A DNA stretch of 64,000 nucleotides from Lama glama (taxonomy: Eukaryota): assembly GCA_028534125.1 (NCBI GenBank), contig CM052817.1, positions 26,414,001 through 26,478,000 of the forward strand. The letters run 5' to 3'. The position numbers and the translations under genes are program-made. This document shows positions 50,997 to 63,014 of the stretch, piece after piece. The notes beneath the pieces were generated by a model, which did not search any database, was not told the origin of the DNA, and worked only from the letters and a program-made list of their open reading frames with translations. Every line of letters begins with the position of its first letter. The first letter of the stretch is position 1.

Positions 50997-52595
50997 GACT
51001 CTTTGACTTCCCAACTTAATTTTTTTTTTTCTATCAGTGATTTTTGCTTGTCTTTCTGTGGGTTGGTTAATAGAAGCTGTACTCTTTTGATCCTAAGGGT
51101 ATTACCTTAGGTAGAGCCTCAGTAGGAGAATTTCCCAAAGGAGAATACACTTTGAATTCTTTTTAAGCAAAGAATATATAATAAACATTAGGCATAATGT
51201 ATGAATAGAAGAATTAATTGTAAAATGATTAAGGTTATGAGTTTTCCAGTTAATTGATGAGACCTTATAGTTTAGAAACTCTACTACCTAGCTGATTGCT
51301 AGTAAATCTGATCACTGAATTTTTTAGTAGGTTTGGGTTATAATGTATATCTTAAATATGAAATATTTAAAATCCTGAGGTGGCATATTTCCATCACTCT
51401 TGTGATATGTGATATGTTCAGCTTTACCAGTCCTTTTTGCTGGTCAGATTGCCATCTATTGTGGTCCTTCTTTTGTTGTTCGGTGTTATAAATGGCCTAA
51501 ATATGGTTAGGCTTCAAAACCAAAAACTATTCTAGGATTGTCTTAAATTGTAATTTTTATATTTTCAGAGATACCTTTGAAATTTTATAGGAAGTTATTT
51601 TTCAGACATTAGGATTTTTGGAGTAAAAAATACTACATAGTTACACCACATCAATGAATTGTCTTAGAGTTAGAAATCACTTTAAGAATGTTTGCCATAA
51701 TCCTCAGTTAGAATTAAAATAGCAAATTTTAGGAAAGCTCTTTTGGTTTGGCAAGTCAAACAATCCAAATGTGACTTTGAAAAAAATAACAGTAACAATT
51801 CACATACAGTTATTTTGGCATAAATATGTTTGTGAAAAATTTTTTTAATGTGAATTTTAAGATTTTCTGTCAACCTGAATTTGAACTTATTTGTACATTG
51901 TAGTTTCTGCCCATTGAGGAGAATATGTTTTTGAGGACGTTGTTCACAGCATCACACAGTGTCCCTTTTATGAAGACCCATGGGAGAAATTTCTCTCAGG
52001 TCTCAGTACCAGAAAAAGCTGTACTTCTCCTGAGCAACTGGTTTGTTTTTATTTTATGGACACAGAATCTTTGTTTCCCCCTTTGCTTTGGCCACTGAGA
52101 AGCTCAGAACTGAATTTGTGGCCCACCTTTAGCAAATTGTACAGGATTTTGTGGCATGCATTTATATACTAATTTTACTTATTAGCTTTATCCTATACTC
52201 TTACCTTTATCTCCTCTACTCTCTGACTTCATTTATTTATATCCTGTTTATATATATATCTTTATCCTTTTGTGTATAATATGATTGAATGTGTTGTGTG
52301 TGTATATTTGAGTATATATACACATGCACACATATATATGTATATGTGTGATTATATGTATGTGTATATTAATGAGCAGCTTCGAATACTTAGCAAAAAA
52401 TGGGATATAAATAAATAGTGCAAGAATACTCACGTTACTAATTTCAGCCTTTAGTCAGTGAAGAAAATCTGTGATTGCTTTTAAATTATTAGTCTTGCAG
52501 TAAAATAACCTTGCTTTGGATCAGCATAACTAGTATTGTAAATTCCATCTTAGGGATGATTTTTGTCTTTTTGTTTGTTTGTTTGTTTGATTTAG

Positions 52596-52714
52596 AGAAG
52601 GGAGCCACTTACGTTTGAAAAAGATTGTGCCACTAAACTAAAGGAGAAGCAGCTCTTCAAGATATTTCCAGCCATTAACCAAAATTTTCTGGCGGACATT
52701 TTCAAGGACCACAA
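52596..52714 (+). CDS. N4BP2: N4BP2 exon 13 (CUE-like KLKEKQLFKIFPAINQNFL)
   Basis: tag|AGA and AA|GTGAGT; 119 nt. Confidence 0.95.
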
Positions 52715-54300
52715 GTGAGTGCTAGGAGGGTTGTTTGTAGTTTATGTTATGATACCATTTGAGAGCATATGCCATGTATTTCAATATATTATTTTTATAT
52801 TTCTGATAACAAAAATAACTATAGGTATATTAAAGTATTTAAATGTAATGATGTAGAAAGTGAGAAGTTTCTGTCAGTTGAGTCATAGTCCTCCTCAATC
52901 TTTTTCTCATACACTTACATTAATGTGTGTACATACATGTGTATCTATTTGCTTTTGTGTCTGTATAGAAATATTTATTTCACAAAAAATGGGTTGTGTT
53001 TTACAGTTTTGCTGTTACTTATTTTTCCTGTCCATACTTTGTCGTCGGCTTTTTTCTTTTAAAAGTCTATAGAGTATTCCGTAGTATTCTTAAGTGAAAG
53101 TACTGTAGTTTATTTAAACATGCTCTATTTATAGGCTTTTTGACTGTTAGAAAAATTGGAAACGATGTTGCACTGAGCATTCTTGAACATACGTTTTTGT
53201 GTGTGTGGGTGAATGCTGCTGTAGGCTGCTTCTCAAAAGTGAAATTGCTGGTTCAGTGTGTGCATTAAAAGTTTTTGTAGCTAATGCCAAATTTTCTTTA
53301 ATAAAGGCTTTCTGTGTGTAGTATGAAGTAGAGATTTAACTTGTTTTTCTAAATGATTAACTGGATGAATAGATCATCTTTATCCATTGACATAAAATAT
53401 AACACTAATATTTACTACATTCCCAAATGTACATTTTCTTTTATAGACTCTTTGATTCCATTGAGCTGTTTGTTTGGTCCTGGGTTTCCACCATCTTATT
53501 TTAATTATTGTAGTGTTATAGTGTGTTTTGATGTTTGGTATATTAGGAATGCTTCTGATTTGAGTAGTAATACATACTTTCAATCTTAATGTAGTCCTTA
53601 AATTTCAATTTTATCAAGAGTTGCTTTAAATAGATACCTTTTAAGAATTTTTTGAGAATCTAAAACAGAGTTTTTACTTTAGTTTATTAGTATATTTCAT
53701 GTCAGTCACAATAATTTCTGGAATAAAAATTACCTTCAGGTTTTTTTCCTTTATGCAGTGTAGAAACTGATTTCAGGATTTTTGTGACAGTAAATAAATG
53801 CAATTAATCTGTGATTTTCTATTCCTGTGTTATTTTTGTCAGATTTTGGTTTCAGAGTTTTATTTGGTATTAGGCTTAATAAAGGAATCTGGCAAGTATA
53901 ATGCTCTGGAAAATATAAATAAATTAGTACCTTGAAGGTTCTGGGGTTGTGCCTTTTAGGAAGAAGATTTTTAGAACTTTTTACTCTCTTTAAGGTTACT
54001 GCTTTTTTCAGATGTTTGCTTTTTTTTAATGAGTCTTTTCTGGTAGTTTCTCTTCTAGAAAATCATTAATTTTACCTGGGCTTTCAAGTTTATTATTGTT
54101 AAGTTATATGTAATCTGCTGTGATAATTAAAAACATTATTTTATATTTGATCATATGCCTTTTTCCTTTCCCGATTTTTTTTCTGTTCTCTTTGTTTTTG
54201 CAGCTTGGCCCTTTTAAAGAACAAGCTCTTAGTTTATTTATCAAAGTCTGTTTTATATTCTCTAATCATTTACTTATGCTTTTGTTTTTGGTGATTCCTC

Positions 54301-54398
54301 TTTTTTTTTTTCTCTTAACAGAGGTACTGGGGATTGAACCCAGGACCTTGTGCATGCCAAGCACGCACTCTACCACTATAGCTATACACCCCCACCCC
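54301..54398 (-). mobile_element. tRNA-derived SINE, vic-1-like
   Basis: Poly-T + gaggtactggggattgaacccaggaccttgtgcatg...ctctaccact. Confidence 0.85.
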
Positions 54399-56242
54399 TT
54401 TCCTTTCTATTTTGATGGTTCCTTTCTCTTAAAATTTATTGATCTGTTTTCAACTCTTTGTTTAGTTTCCTTTCAGTCTTTAATAGCAAATATATTTAAG
54501 GGTATGAATTTTTCTCTGTAAAATGTTCTTGATATATATGTAATGTTTTGATTTTGATATATAGCGTTTTCAGTTTTATTGTTTTTTAAATGATACCTAA
54601 CTTGGTTTGATTTTCTCATTTGTTCAAGAATTTTTAATTTTCTAAATGGTTTGATGGTTTGGTGATGTGGGGAGTTTATTTTGTTTATACTGTTTATTTT
54701 GGTTTTGTTGCATTGGGGTACAAGAATGCAGCCTGGAAGAGTTCTACTTTTTGGAATTTGAGATTTTCTTTATGATCATGTGTAAATATTATATGAAAGT
54801 ACTTTTGAAAAATATTCTTTGCTGATTATGCAGAGTTCTAAATATGTCACTTGATTCAAATTTTTCATGATATTATTTCAATCCAAAATTTCCCTTTTTA
54901 TTTTTGCTACCTAAACTACTGTTTTCTTAGAGTTATATGTTAAAATACCCCAACGCACTGGGGGTTAGAAGTGTGGTGCTGGCATGTGGCAACTCTTTTC
55001 TGTGGGGGAACCAGGACAAGAAGGCCTGATGTGGGAAAAACCCAGAGTTGTGGTTCCCCGGGCTAGTTAAAGAGACTGAGTGAGTCCTTCCCTGGGATAC
55101 CCAGAGTGATAGGTCAGTCAGGCCCCTCAGGGTAGGTATTATGGTATTAAATGATTACCTCCATTTGTCTGCCAATTGCTAGATAATCTTCTCAGTTAGC
55201 AGTAGTTCCAGCTTCATCCTGGTAAGAAGGGTAGGTTTGTTCAGTTACTGCAATATAAGCCTGTGATGTAATCTTCCTGGGCCATGTACTTCTAACAACA
55301 CCTGTGGTGGAGACTGGCTTCCAGCCCTGTGAGTGGGCAAGCCAGGTTATTTTAAAGACTAGTTAGGATGTGGATAATTTCTGGTAGCTTCTATTCCCTA
55401 GAAACCCCCATTTGTTGAGCATATGTGGGGTAGCAAGATGAGAATGCTAAAGTGGAACTGGTGGTCCTAAATGGTTCCCCTTCAACGACTGTCTTCAATA
55501 AATTGAAGAATAGCAAAATACCACACTATTTTAGGTAACTATGTATCACATTATAAAAATATTCCTTTGTGGTCAGCTCTTCATTATCTGGCCATTGGAA
55601 GAAATCATAGGCATAAATAGTCTGAAATACTGAGCAGTGTAAAATCACTTACAATTTGCTTTGGAATGAATTTCTTTGGATATGGGGACATAAGTGTAAA
55701 TTTTTGTAAGATTTCATATTCCACGTAATATAGTATCACCATGAAAATATGCCTGAATAATGTAGGGGTGGGAGGTAAGGTAGTGTTTTATTTTTTCCCT
55801 TCTGTATCTCTGCTTGGAATTTCTTTGACTAGAACCCACATGGTATAAGTAAAATGTGAAATTTAGCACAATAGAAACTGAAACCATGTGTGAATCCAAT
55901 AAGGGACTTAAGTATAGCTGGTAAGATGAAAGAAAGATTTGTGGAAAATCTACCTAGAATAAAAGATAAGAAGATGGGTTAATTATCAACATGTTACTTT
56001 GTGATATGCATTTAAAAATTAGTTTTTGAGAGCCTGTAACTTGACACTTTCCCTCTTGTCATTCTTGAATCTTTGAGATATGCAATGAGCATTTAATGTT
56101 TAAATGTTTGATGTTTAAAACTTAGAAATGAGCTAGTTCTTCATATTCTTCTAAAATGTTTGAAGGATTGCTTATGTTAATGTTTCCACATAACTTTTAT
56201 TTTCATTTATTGATCTTATATTTGTACTTAAACTCTCTACAG

Positions 56243-56381
56243 CTATTCATTAGAGCACACAGTGCAATTTCTAAATTGTGTTCTTGAAGGAGACCCTGTA
56301 AAAACAGTTGTAGCGCAAGAGTTTGTTCACCAAAATGAGAATGTCACTTCTCATGCTGCACAGAAGTCTAAGGAGAAAAAG
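56243..56381 (+). CDS. N4BP2: N4BP2 exon 14 (YSLEHTVQFLNCVLEGDPVKTVVA...)
   Basis: cag|C and AAG|GTATAG; 139 nt. Confidence 0.95.
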
Positions 56382-56871
56382 GTATAGAGCTACTTATTTT
56401 TTACAATAATGGTAAATGATCGTATATGAAAATGTAATTGGTTTGTTAGATAATTTAATGATTATTTCTTAACATTTTGTGTAGACTGGAAATTTAACTA
56501 CCATAGCCTATTTGGTTTAGAATATCTGTTTGCTCAAAATAATGAATTTATACTGGTTATTTTTTTTCTTCAGTATCTTTGTGCACAACAAGCATTTAAA
56601 TTTCTGTAACTTTTTCTCTGTGGATTACACAGTAGAGTATGAAACTTAATTGAATAGCAGCGGGTGGAAATATGATGGGTCTTGGTGTATAAATATGTGG
56701 GTGTGGAAATGTTTAACCATTTGAGTAACGGCTGCCAAACATTTTCCAAAGTGGCTACGTTATTTTACGTTTCCATCAGCAGCGTGTAAGGGTTTATTAC
56801 AATTTCTCCACATCCTCTCTGACACTTATCATCTGCCTTTTTGATTATAGACATCCTGGTGGGTGTGAAGT

Positions 56872-57428
56872 TGTTTTACGGGTCCTGGGGTTTGTTTTAA
56901 TCAGGTATGGTAAGACATGCAGACATGGGAATGCCAAGAAGGAAGGCTTTTATTATACTCACAGATCCCTAGAAATATGAGGCCTGCCACCCAAAAACAC
57001 ATGAGGAAGCACCAGGGTCTGGGAGACAGAGGGAGTACAGGGGGAAATGTGGGCAAGAGCCTCTTTTGTGGTTTCTGTGGGAAGGAATGGGCAAGGCAGG
57101 ATAATAAACAGGTGTAAGATTGGCTAATTTGAATAATTTCAGCAGGCTCAGGGGCATAGGAGCTGTCCCTAGTTTTGGGGTACCTGCTTCAGTGATTAGG
57201 GTACGTGAATGGTGACCCAGAGAGTGAGAGCTCCTTAAAGGAGGTGGTTGGGTGTATGGGCTCTAGGTTGCATAGTTTGCATATGTAAGGTGTGCCAACA
57301 GGCAGGTTGTTTCCTGTTTCTAGGAATTAGCTACCCCAAGATGGGGGGTGGGCACTGTGTTTCCAGGGGAGCAAGACCCCAGATGTCAGAGCATCAGAAT
57401 ACAGGAAATAAAAGACAGAGTTAATTCA
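56872..57428 (-). mobile_element. ERVL-class solo LTR (MER74-like) inserted in an L1 fragment (~56710-57560)
   Basis: TG...CA termini; perfect 5-bp TSD GAAGT (56867-56871, 57429-57433); L1 text gggtgtgaagt|gctatctcattgtg rejoins across it; strand inferred from TTTATT and ATTGG. Confidence 0.85.
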
Positions 57429-59193
57429 GAAGTGCTATCTCATTGTGATTTTGATTTTATTTCCCTGATGACTGATGATGATGAGCATCTTTTCAGGTGC
57501 TTATTAGCCTTTTGTATATTTTTTTGAAGAAATGTCTCTTTATATCCATTGTCCATTAAAATTGAAAAAAAAAAACTGTAGTTGTATGAATTTTTTTTTA
57601 TGACTTAGACTGTTTGGTTCACAAATCTTAAAATACTGTCTTTGATATCTCAGGACCTTAAGGGACCAGAGATACTAAGGGGAGTATCATAATACCCATA
57701 ACATTTTGATTTATCTGTTTTGTTCAAGAAGCTAACATTTTTAAAAAACGTTTAAACGTTTCATTAGTACTACTACTTTTTCCCTTTAGCATTTAATAAA
57801 ATGTACAAGTTTGTTACCATAGGAAATGGTTTTGATATTATACTACATCATGCTTTCAAGAGAATAAGTGGCACTAATTAGGTGAATTCTTAGGAAGTAT
57901 GTATTTCACTTGGCCTTTGTTAGTGAAGTTAGTTACAGTAGACCACATCTCTATGAAAGAGATAAAAAATAAATCTTGGTTTTATTTTAAAAGAGAATAG
58001 CTATTTGATAAAGTATCTCTTATTATATACTGTATTTTCTTTTCTTAAAAGCAAGAATGAGAGATTTCTTCCCAGAGAACCAAATGTGATTTGCATTTTT
58101 CAGTATGAATACCAGCAGAGAGAGATTTTAAGGCTATGAAATATTTATGTTCATAGTGTTAGGCACCATGGGCTTTTCAAAAGTCATAAAAAGCATTTTT
58201 ATTATCCCCTCCCTGCAAAGCCTTTGATTTTATCAGAGATGCAAACCATATAATCGTAGAATATTTAAACATTAATATGAAGGAAGTATGTGAAAGAAGC
58301 TGGTGAGAGTGACATAAGGATGCAGGTTCTGTGCAGATTCTGTGTGAGAGAGAGTCTTGTGTTCTTTCATATAATAAGCTGGGTATTTGTTGCAAAAATA
58401 AATAGACTATACATTTACAGATTTTTGACTCTGGTAAAGAGTTAGGAATATGGTGATACCTTTATTTACTCTTCTGTTTTGTGGAGAACATTGAAGCTAC
58501 ATTGCATAATTATTATTTTCATTACCTCATGTTTTAAATTAGAGTGAGTTTAGCTTTTTTAATTTAAGGGTCCATTTTGGATAGCAACTGCTTGATGGAT
58601 GATTTTTCAGAAATCTCAAAAAGTCAACACTACCTTAGTGGCTAATTGGTAGTCAGCTGATTGAAAACTGCCCATAAAACTACTTACGATTTTTACTAAC
58701 TACCAGGCATGGTCATTCCATATGCCTGTCTGTCTTTAAAAATATATATACATTATTCAATTACCTTATTAGTTGTTTTTTAAAAAAATATAAATTGAAA
58801 TATGCCATCACTTCCTTCAATGACTGGCTTGACCCTTTGAATGGGTTTACAAACTAAAATTTGGAAAATATTGCATTAAATAAATGAGTTTTATTCTTTG
58901 AATATCTTATATTCTCTCTTTTGGCTTGACCTACTTACATTTTATAATTTTAGAGAAATTTTCAATATCTTCTAAGATAAGAGTGGCTAAAGAAGGGGTA
59001 CCCTAATGACAAGAAAACATTAATGGTAGTCACTAAGTGCATGACTTACTGGGTAGACACTGGGATAGTTTGTCTGTTTTCTGAGAAGAAAGGTGAAAAA
59101 TAGTAGAGCCCAATTTTCATATACGTTTTCTGAAGTAAAGCTTGTGTTTTTCTACTTTCTTTTATATTTTACTTACTGTGTAACATTGTACAG

Positions 59194-59382
59194 GTAAAGA
59201 AATTGAAAGAGACTGAAGATACACCAAACGAACCATCTTTCCAGGATTTTGAGTACCCAGAGTACGATGACTACAGGGCGGAGGCGTTCCTGCACCAGCA
59301 GAAGAGAATGGAATGCTACAGCAAGGCAAAGGAAGCCTATCGGATGGGGAAGAAGAACGTGGCCACGTTTTATGCCCAGCAG
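59194..59382 (+). CDS. N4BP2: N4BP2 exon 15 (DUF1771: YDDYRAEAFLH...AYRMGKKNVATFYAQQ)
   Basis: cag|GTA and CAG|GTAAAG; 189 nt, phase 0-0. Confidence 0.95.
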
Positions 59383-60256
59383 GTAAAGAGGAAAACTGAT
59401 TATTTTTTCATTGTCACTTATGTCTGAATAATCTTGAAGCAGATAATACCTCATATTGTGACTAGATTCAGTTATTCTGGGAAATGTAGATTATAAAAGT
59501 GATATAAAGTATCCTAATAAGTGAGAAATGGTTCTGAGAATTTGACAGTCTACATTTTCTTTTAGTTTGGATTCTCTTATTCAGTACCACTTCTAAACAG
59601 ATAGAAATTTTCTGGGGGAAAGGCAGCAGAATGTTAATATTGGCCATCTCAGAGTGGGAGTACAGAGGCCTTGTGCTTTCTATCATGTCTGAATTTTTAG
59701 TAGTTTCACTTTTATAGTCAGAAAAAGAAAGTTACATTAACATCTTTTTAGGGAAGGAAAATTTCTACCTGGGCTCACTTGGCAGGCTATTACAAGAAAC
59801 CTGACTGATCTCCTTTTTTATTTTTGTGGTTCCGTATAGCTTACTTTTTTAAAAGTATCAAACTTGTATAACCTTGTCAGCAATACTAGCAAACCTTGAG
59901 GATGACTTCAGAGGTGACTACAAGGTGTTAAGAGGGGTGAGACCCAGGATTATCAAAAGATAAATTGGTGGATTCCTTCTTGAAATGGGTGATGTTTTAA
60001 GTTTCCCTCTTGTATGATTTTTGGATCAGAGAATAAGTTAGAAATAATGACTTAGTATTTTATGGACTATGTTATTAGTCTACTGAAATTCACCTAAATT
60101 TTGTTGCATTCTTGCATAGTAGCCCATCACATTATTTAAAGTTTTAGATTTGTTCCCTTTTTGTTCTTCTTTTGTGTGGGGCACTATTTTTTTCTTCACT
60201 GTCTACTAAGTAGCAGATATCAAAAGTGCTTACTGGTGATATGTTTGTAATTAAAG

Positions 60257-60425
60257 GGTAGTCTCCATGAGCAGAAGATGAAAGAAGCCAATCACCTTGC
60301 TGCCGTGGAGATCTTTGAGAAAGTCAATGCCTCCCTGCTGCCACAGAATGTTTTAGACCTCCATGGGCTGCATGTGGATGAGGCTATAGAACATTTGACA
60401 ACAGTTTTACAGCAGAAAACTGAAG
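60257..60425 (+). CDS. N4BP2: N4BP2 exon 16 (end of DUF1771, start of Smr domain LDLHGLHVDEA); gene continues beyond the window
   Basis: aag|GGT and G|GTAGGA; 169 nt; Smr signature DLHG. Confidence 0.95.
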
Positions 60426-61134
60426 GTAGGACTGTAGTCATGACAAATTTTCAATAGAAAATATCTTTGCTTGTATTGATATAAGAGAAAATATAAGAGC
60501 AGTTTGAATACATTATTTAAACTGGAGAAGAGAAAAACTCTTATACAGGAGTTTTATAAGAGAGTATTCTGTCTGTAGAGAATGAGGAAATCATTTACTC
60601 GATAAAAATTTAATTTTCTTCTATATTCTAGACATCAGGGATAAAATAGTGAAAAGGACACACGATCCCTGTCTTTATGGTGTTTGCCATCTAGTAGGAT
60701 AGATGACAGTGAATAAATAGTTACATAAATAGTTAGCATTGTGATAAGAAAGTACAGGTTGCCATGTTTCATTTAGCATAAATTCCCAGATCCCTGCATA
60801 ACCATTCTTTGCCTGCCTCTGCATTCTCATCTTGTGTTTTGCTCCTCTTTCTTTTCTGTATGTTTATCTTCACTATCATTTGTTGACCTCCACACTAAGT
60901 TAGGCTCCATATTAATAGCTTCTCATAGTACTCCTATGTATCACAGTATTTATAAAAAGCTTGTTGTATAATTGATGATTAAATGTCTGTCTTTCTGGCA
61001 AAGAATTGAGTCAGTAATGATTATTGAATCATTATTGTATATAGAACCTTTCATTTAACACTTAAAAACTTCTGAATAAATGACTGAATAAAAAGTAGGC
61101 ATTCCTCTCATAGATAAAGAGACTGATGATTTTA

Positions 61135-61830
61135 AAAGTTTAATAAAATGGAAAATAATAAGTGCTGGTAAGGGTGTAGAGGATGGGAACCTTGATATAT
61201 TGCTGGTGGGAATATTAAATGGTGCAACCATTGTGGAAAAGGTTGGTATTCCTTGAAAGGTTAAACATGACCCAGCAGTTCTGCTCCTAGGTTTGTACAC
61301 AAGAGAATTGAAAACATAATTTATCCATAGCAAAGCTTGTACATGAATGTTCAAAATAACCAAAAAGTGGAAACAACCCAGATGTCTGACTAGCTGATGA
61401 ATGGACAAATAAAATGTGGTATATCCATATAATGGAATATAATTCAGCCACAAAAAGGAATGAAATACTGACACATGTTACAACATGGATAAACCTTGTA
61501 AACATTATGCTGTGGGAAAGAAGCCAGATACAAACGGCTACATACATGATTTCCATTTATATGAAATGTCTAAAATAGGCAGATCTATAGAAAAAGAAAG
61601 GACATTTATGTTTGCTAGGCCTGGAAAGTAGGGGAATGGAGATTGAATGCTAACAGGCACAGAACTTCTTCTTGAGATGGTGAAATGTTCGGAGTTAGAT
61701 TGTGTTGATGGTTGCACAACGTTGTAATATTGATAAATACCACTAAATTGTAAATAAAAATTACTGAATTGTACTTTTTAAAAGCATGAATTTTATGTTA
61801 TGTGAATTTTATCTCAATAGAAAAAAATTA
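61135..61830 (+). mobile_element. L1MB-like 3' fragment, sense
   Basis: tgctggtgggaatattaaatggtgcaacc; gatgaatggacaaataaaatgtggtatatccata; ends gaattttatctcaata + A run. Confidence 0.88.
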
Positions 61831-62069
61831 TGAAAATGAAAGAGTTAAATAACTTGTGTAGGATGATACTTGGTCAGACTCAAGATACAAAGCTTTTCTG
61901 GAAGCCAAAGTCCATGTTGTGCTTGCTGCCTGTGGTAGCCTGTAGTTACTGTCAGTTACCACCAGATGGTAGTATTGTTGAACAGAAATGTCCGAGGGGG
62001 GAATCTGTGGCTCTGCCCTGGATTGCTTTTAGTTGTAAAAGGTGATTGTCAAAATTGGGGATGAATTTT

Positions 62070-62660
62070 TTTAAAAAAGATATCTGACCTTTTATGTGTC
62101 TTCTGATTGAAAAATACACTACCACCACCTATGAAGCTTTTTTGCCTCCAAATAACCAGAAGCAGATAAAGCCTTTAAATCTGACTACTACTTTATATGG
62201 ATTTATAGGGAACAGAGGAACATGTTAAATGGCACCATGGGGATACAGTCAGGAAAATCCAAACTGTGAATATCTGGGATAAATGATCTAATTTTTTCAA
62301 CAAATTGTAAAAATAAACAAAACAAAACAAAACAAAACAACAACAACAGCAAAAACAAACCAAAAAAAACTTAGGGATAGGGGAGAACCTTTAGATTAAG
62401 TTAAATGTATCAGTCAAATGCAATGTGTAGACTTGTTTTGACCTTGATTCAAACAAATCACTGTAAAGACAATTTTTTGAGACTACTGGAGGAAACTTTT
62501 AGCCATTTTAAGAAACATATTAAGGAACTACTTTTAATTTTGTAAGATGGTGGTGACACAGTGGTTATTATATATTTTTTTAGAGTCCTTTTTGAAATAC
62601 ATACTGAAATATTTACAGTTGAAATGATAAGAAATCTGGGACATGCTTAAAAGTAAGTTA
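62070..62660 (+). mobile_element. L1MC-like 3' fragment containing a (CAAAA)n tract (~62315-62370)
   Basis: agggaacagaggaacatgtta; cagtcaaatgcaatgtgtagacttgttttgaccttgattcaaacaaa. Confidence 0.65.
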
Positions 62661-62916
62661 ACAGTTTTTTTTTTAAATGTGATGAACAGCAGATAAATAG
62701 CTTGAAATTTGGGAACATAAGCATATACATTAATTCATTCAGTAAACATCCTTTGAACACCAACTTTGGTTGAGGCATGCAATTCAATTAGAGAACATTT
62801 TCAGAGCAGTAAGCTAACTACTGAAAGGTGAGATGCTATAAATAACTGACTTAACTGATGAGGGGAGCAGTAGAGAAGGAGCGATGAGAGCTGAATTATG
62901 GTTAAAGAGATCTAAG

Positions 62917-63014
62917 TTTTTTTTTTTTTTTTTTAATGGAGGTACTAGGGGTTTGAACTGAGGACCTCATGCATGCTAAGCATGTGTTCTATCACTGAGC
63001 TCTACCCACCCCCC
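62917..63014 (-). mobile_element. tRNA-derived SINE, vic-1-like
   Basis: Poly-T + aatggaggtactaggggtttgaactgaggacctcatgcatgctaagc. Confidence 0.85.
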
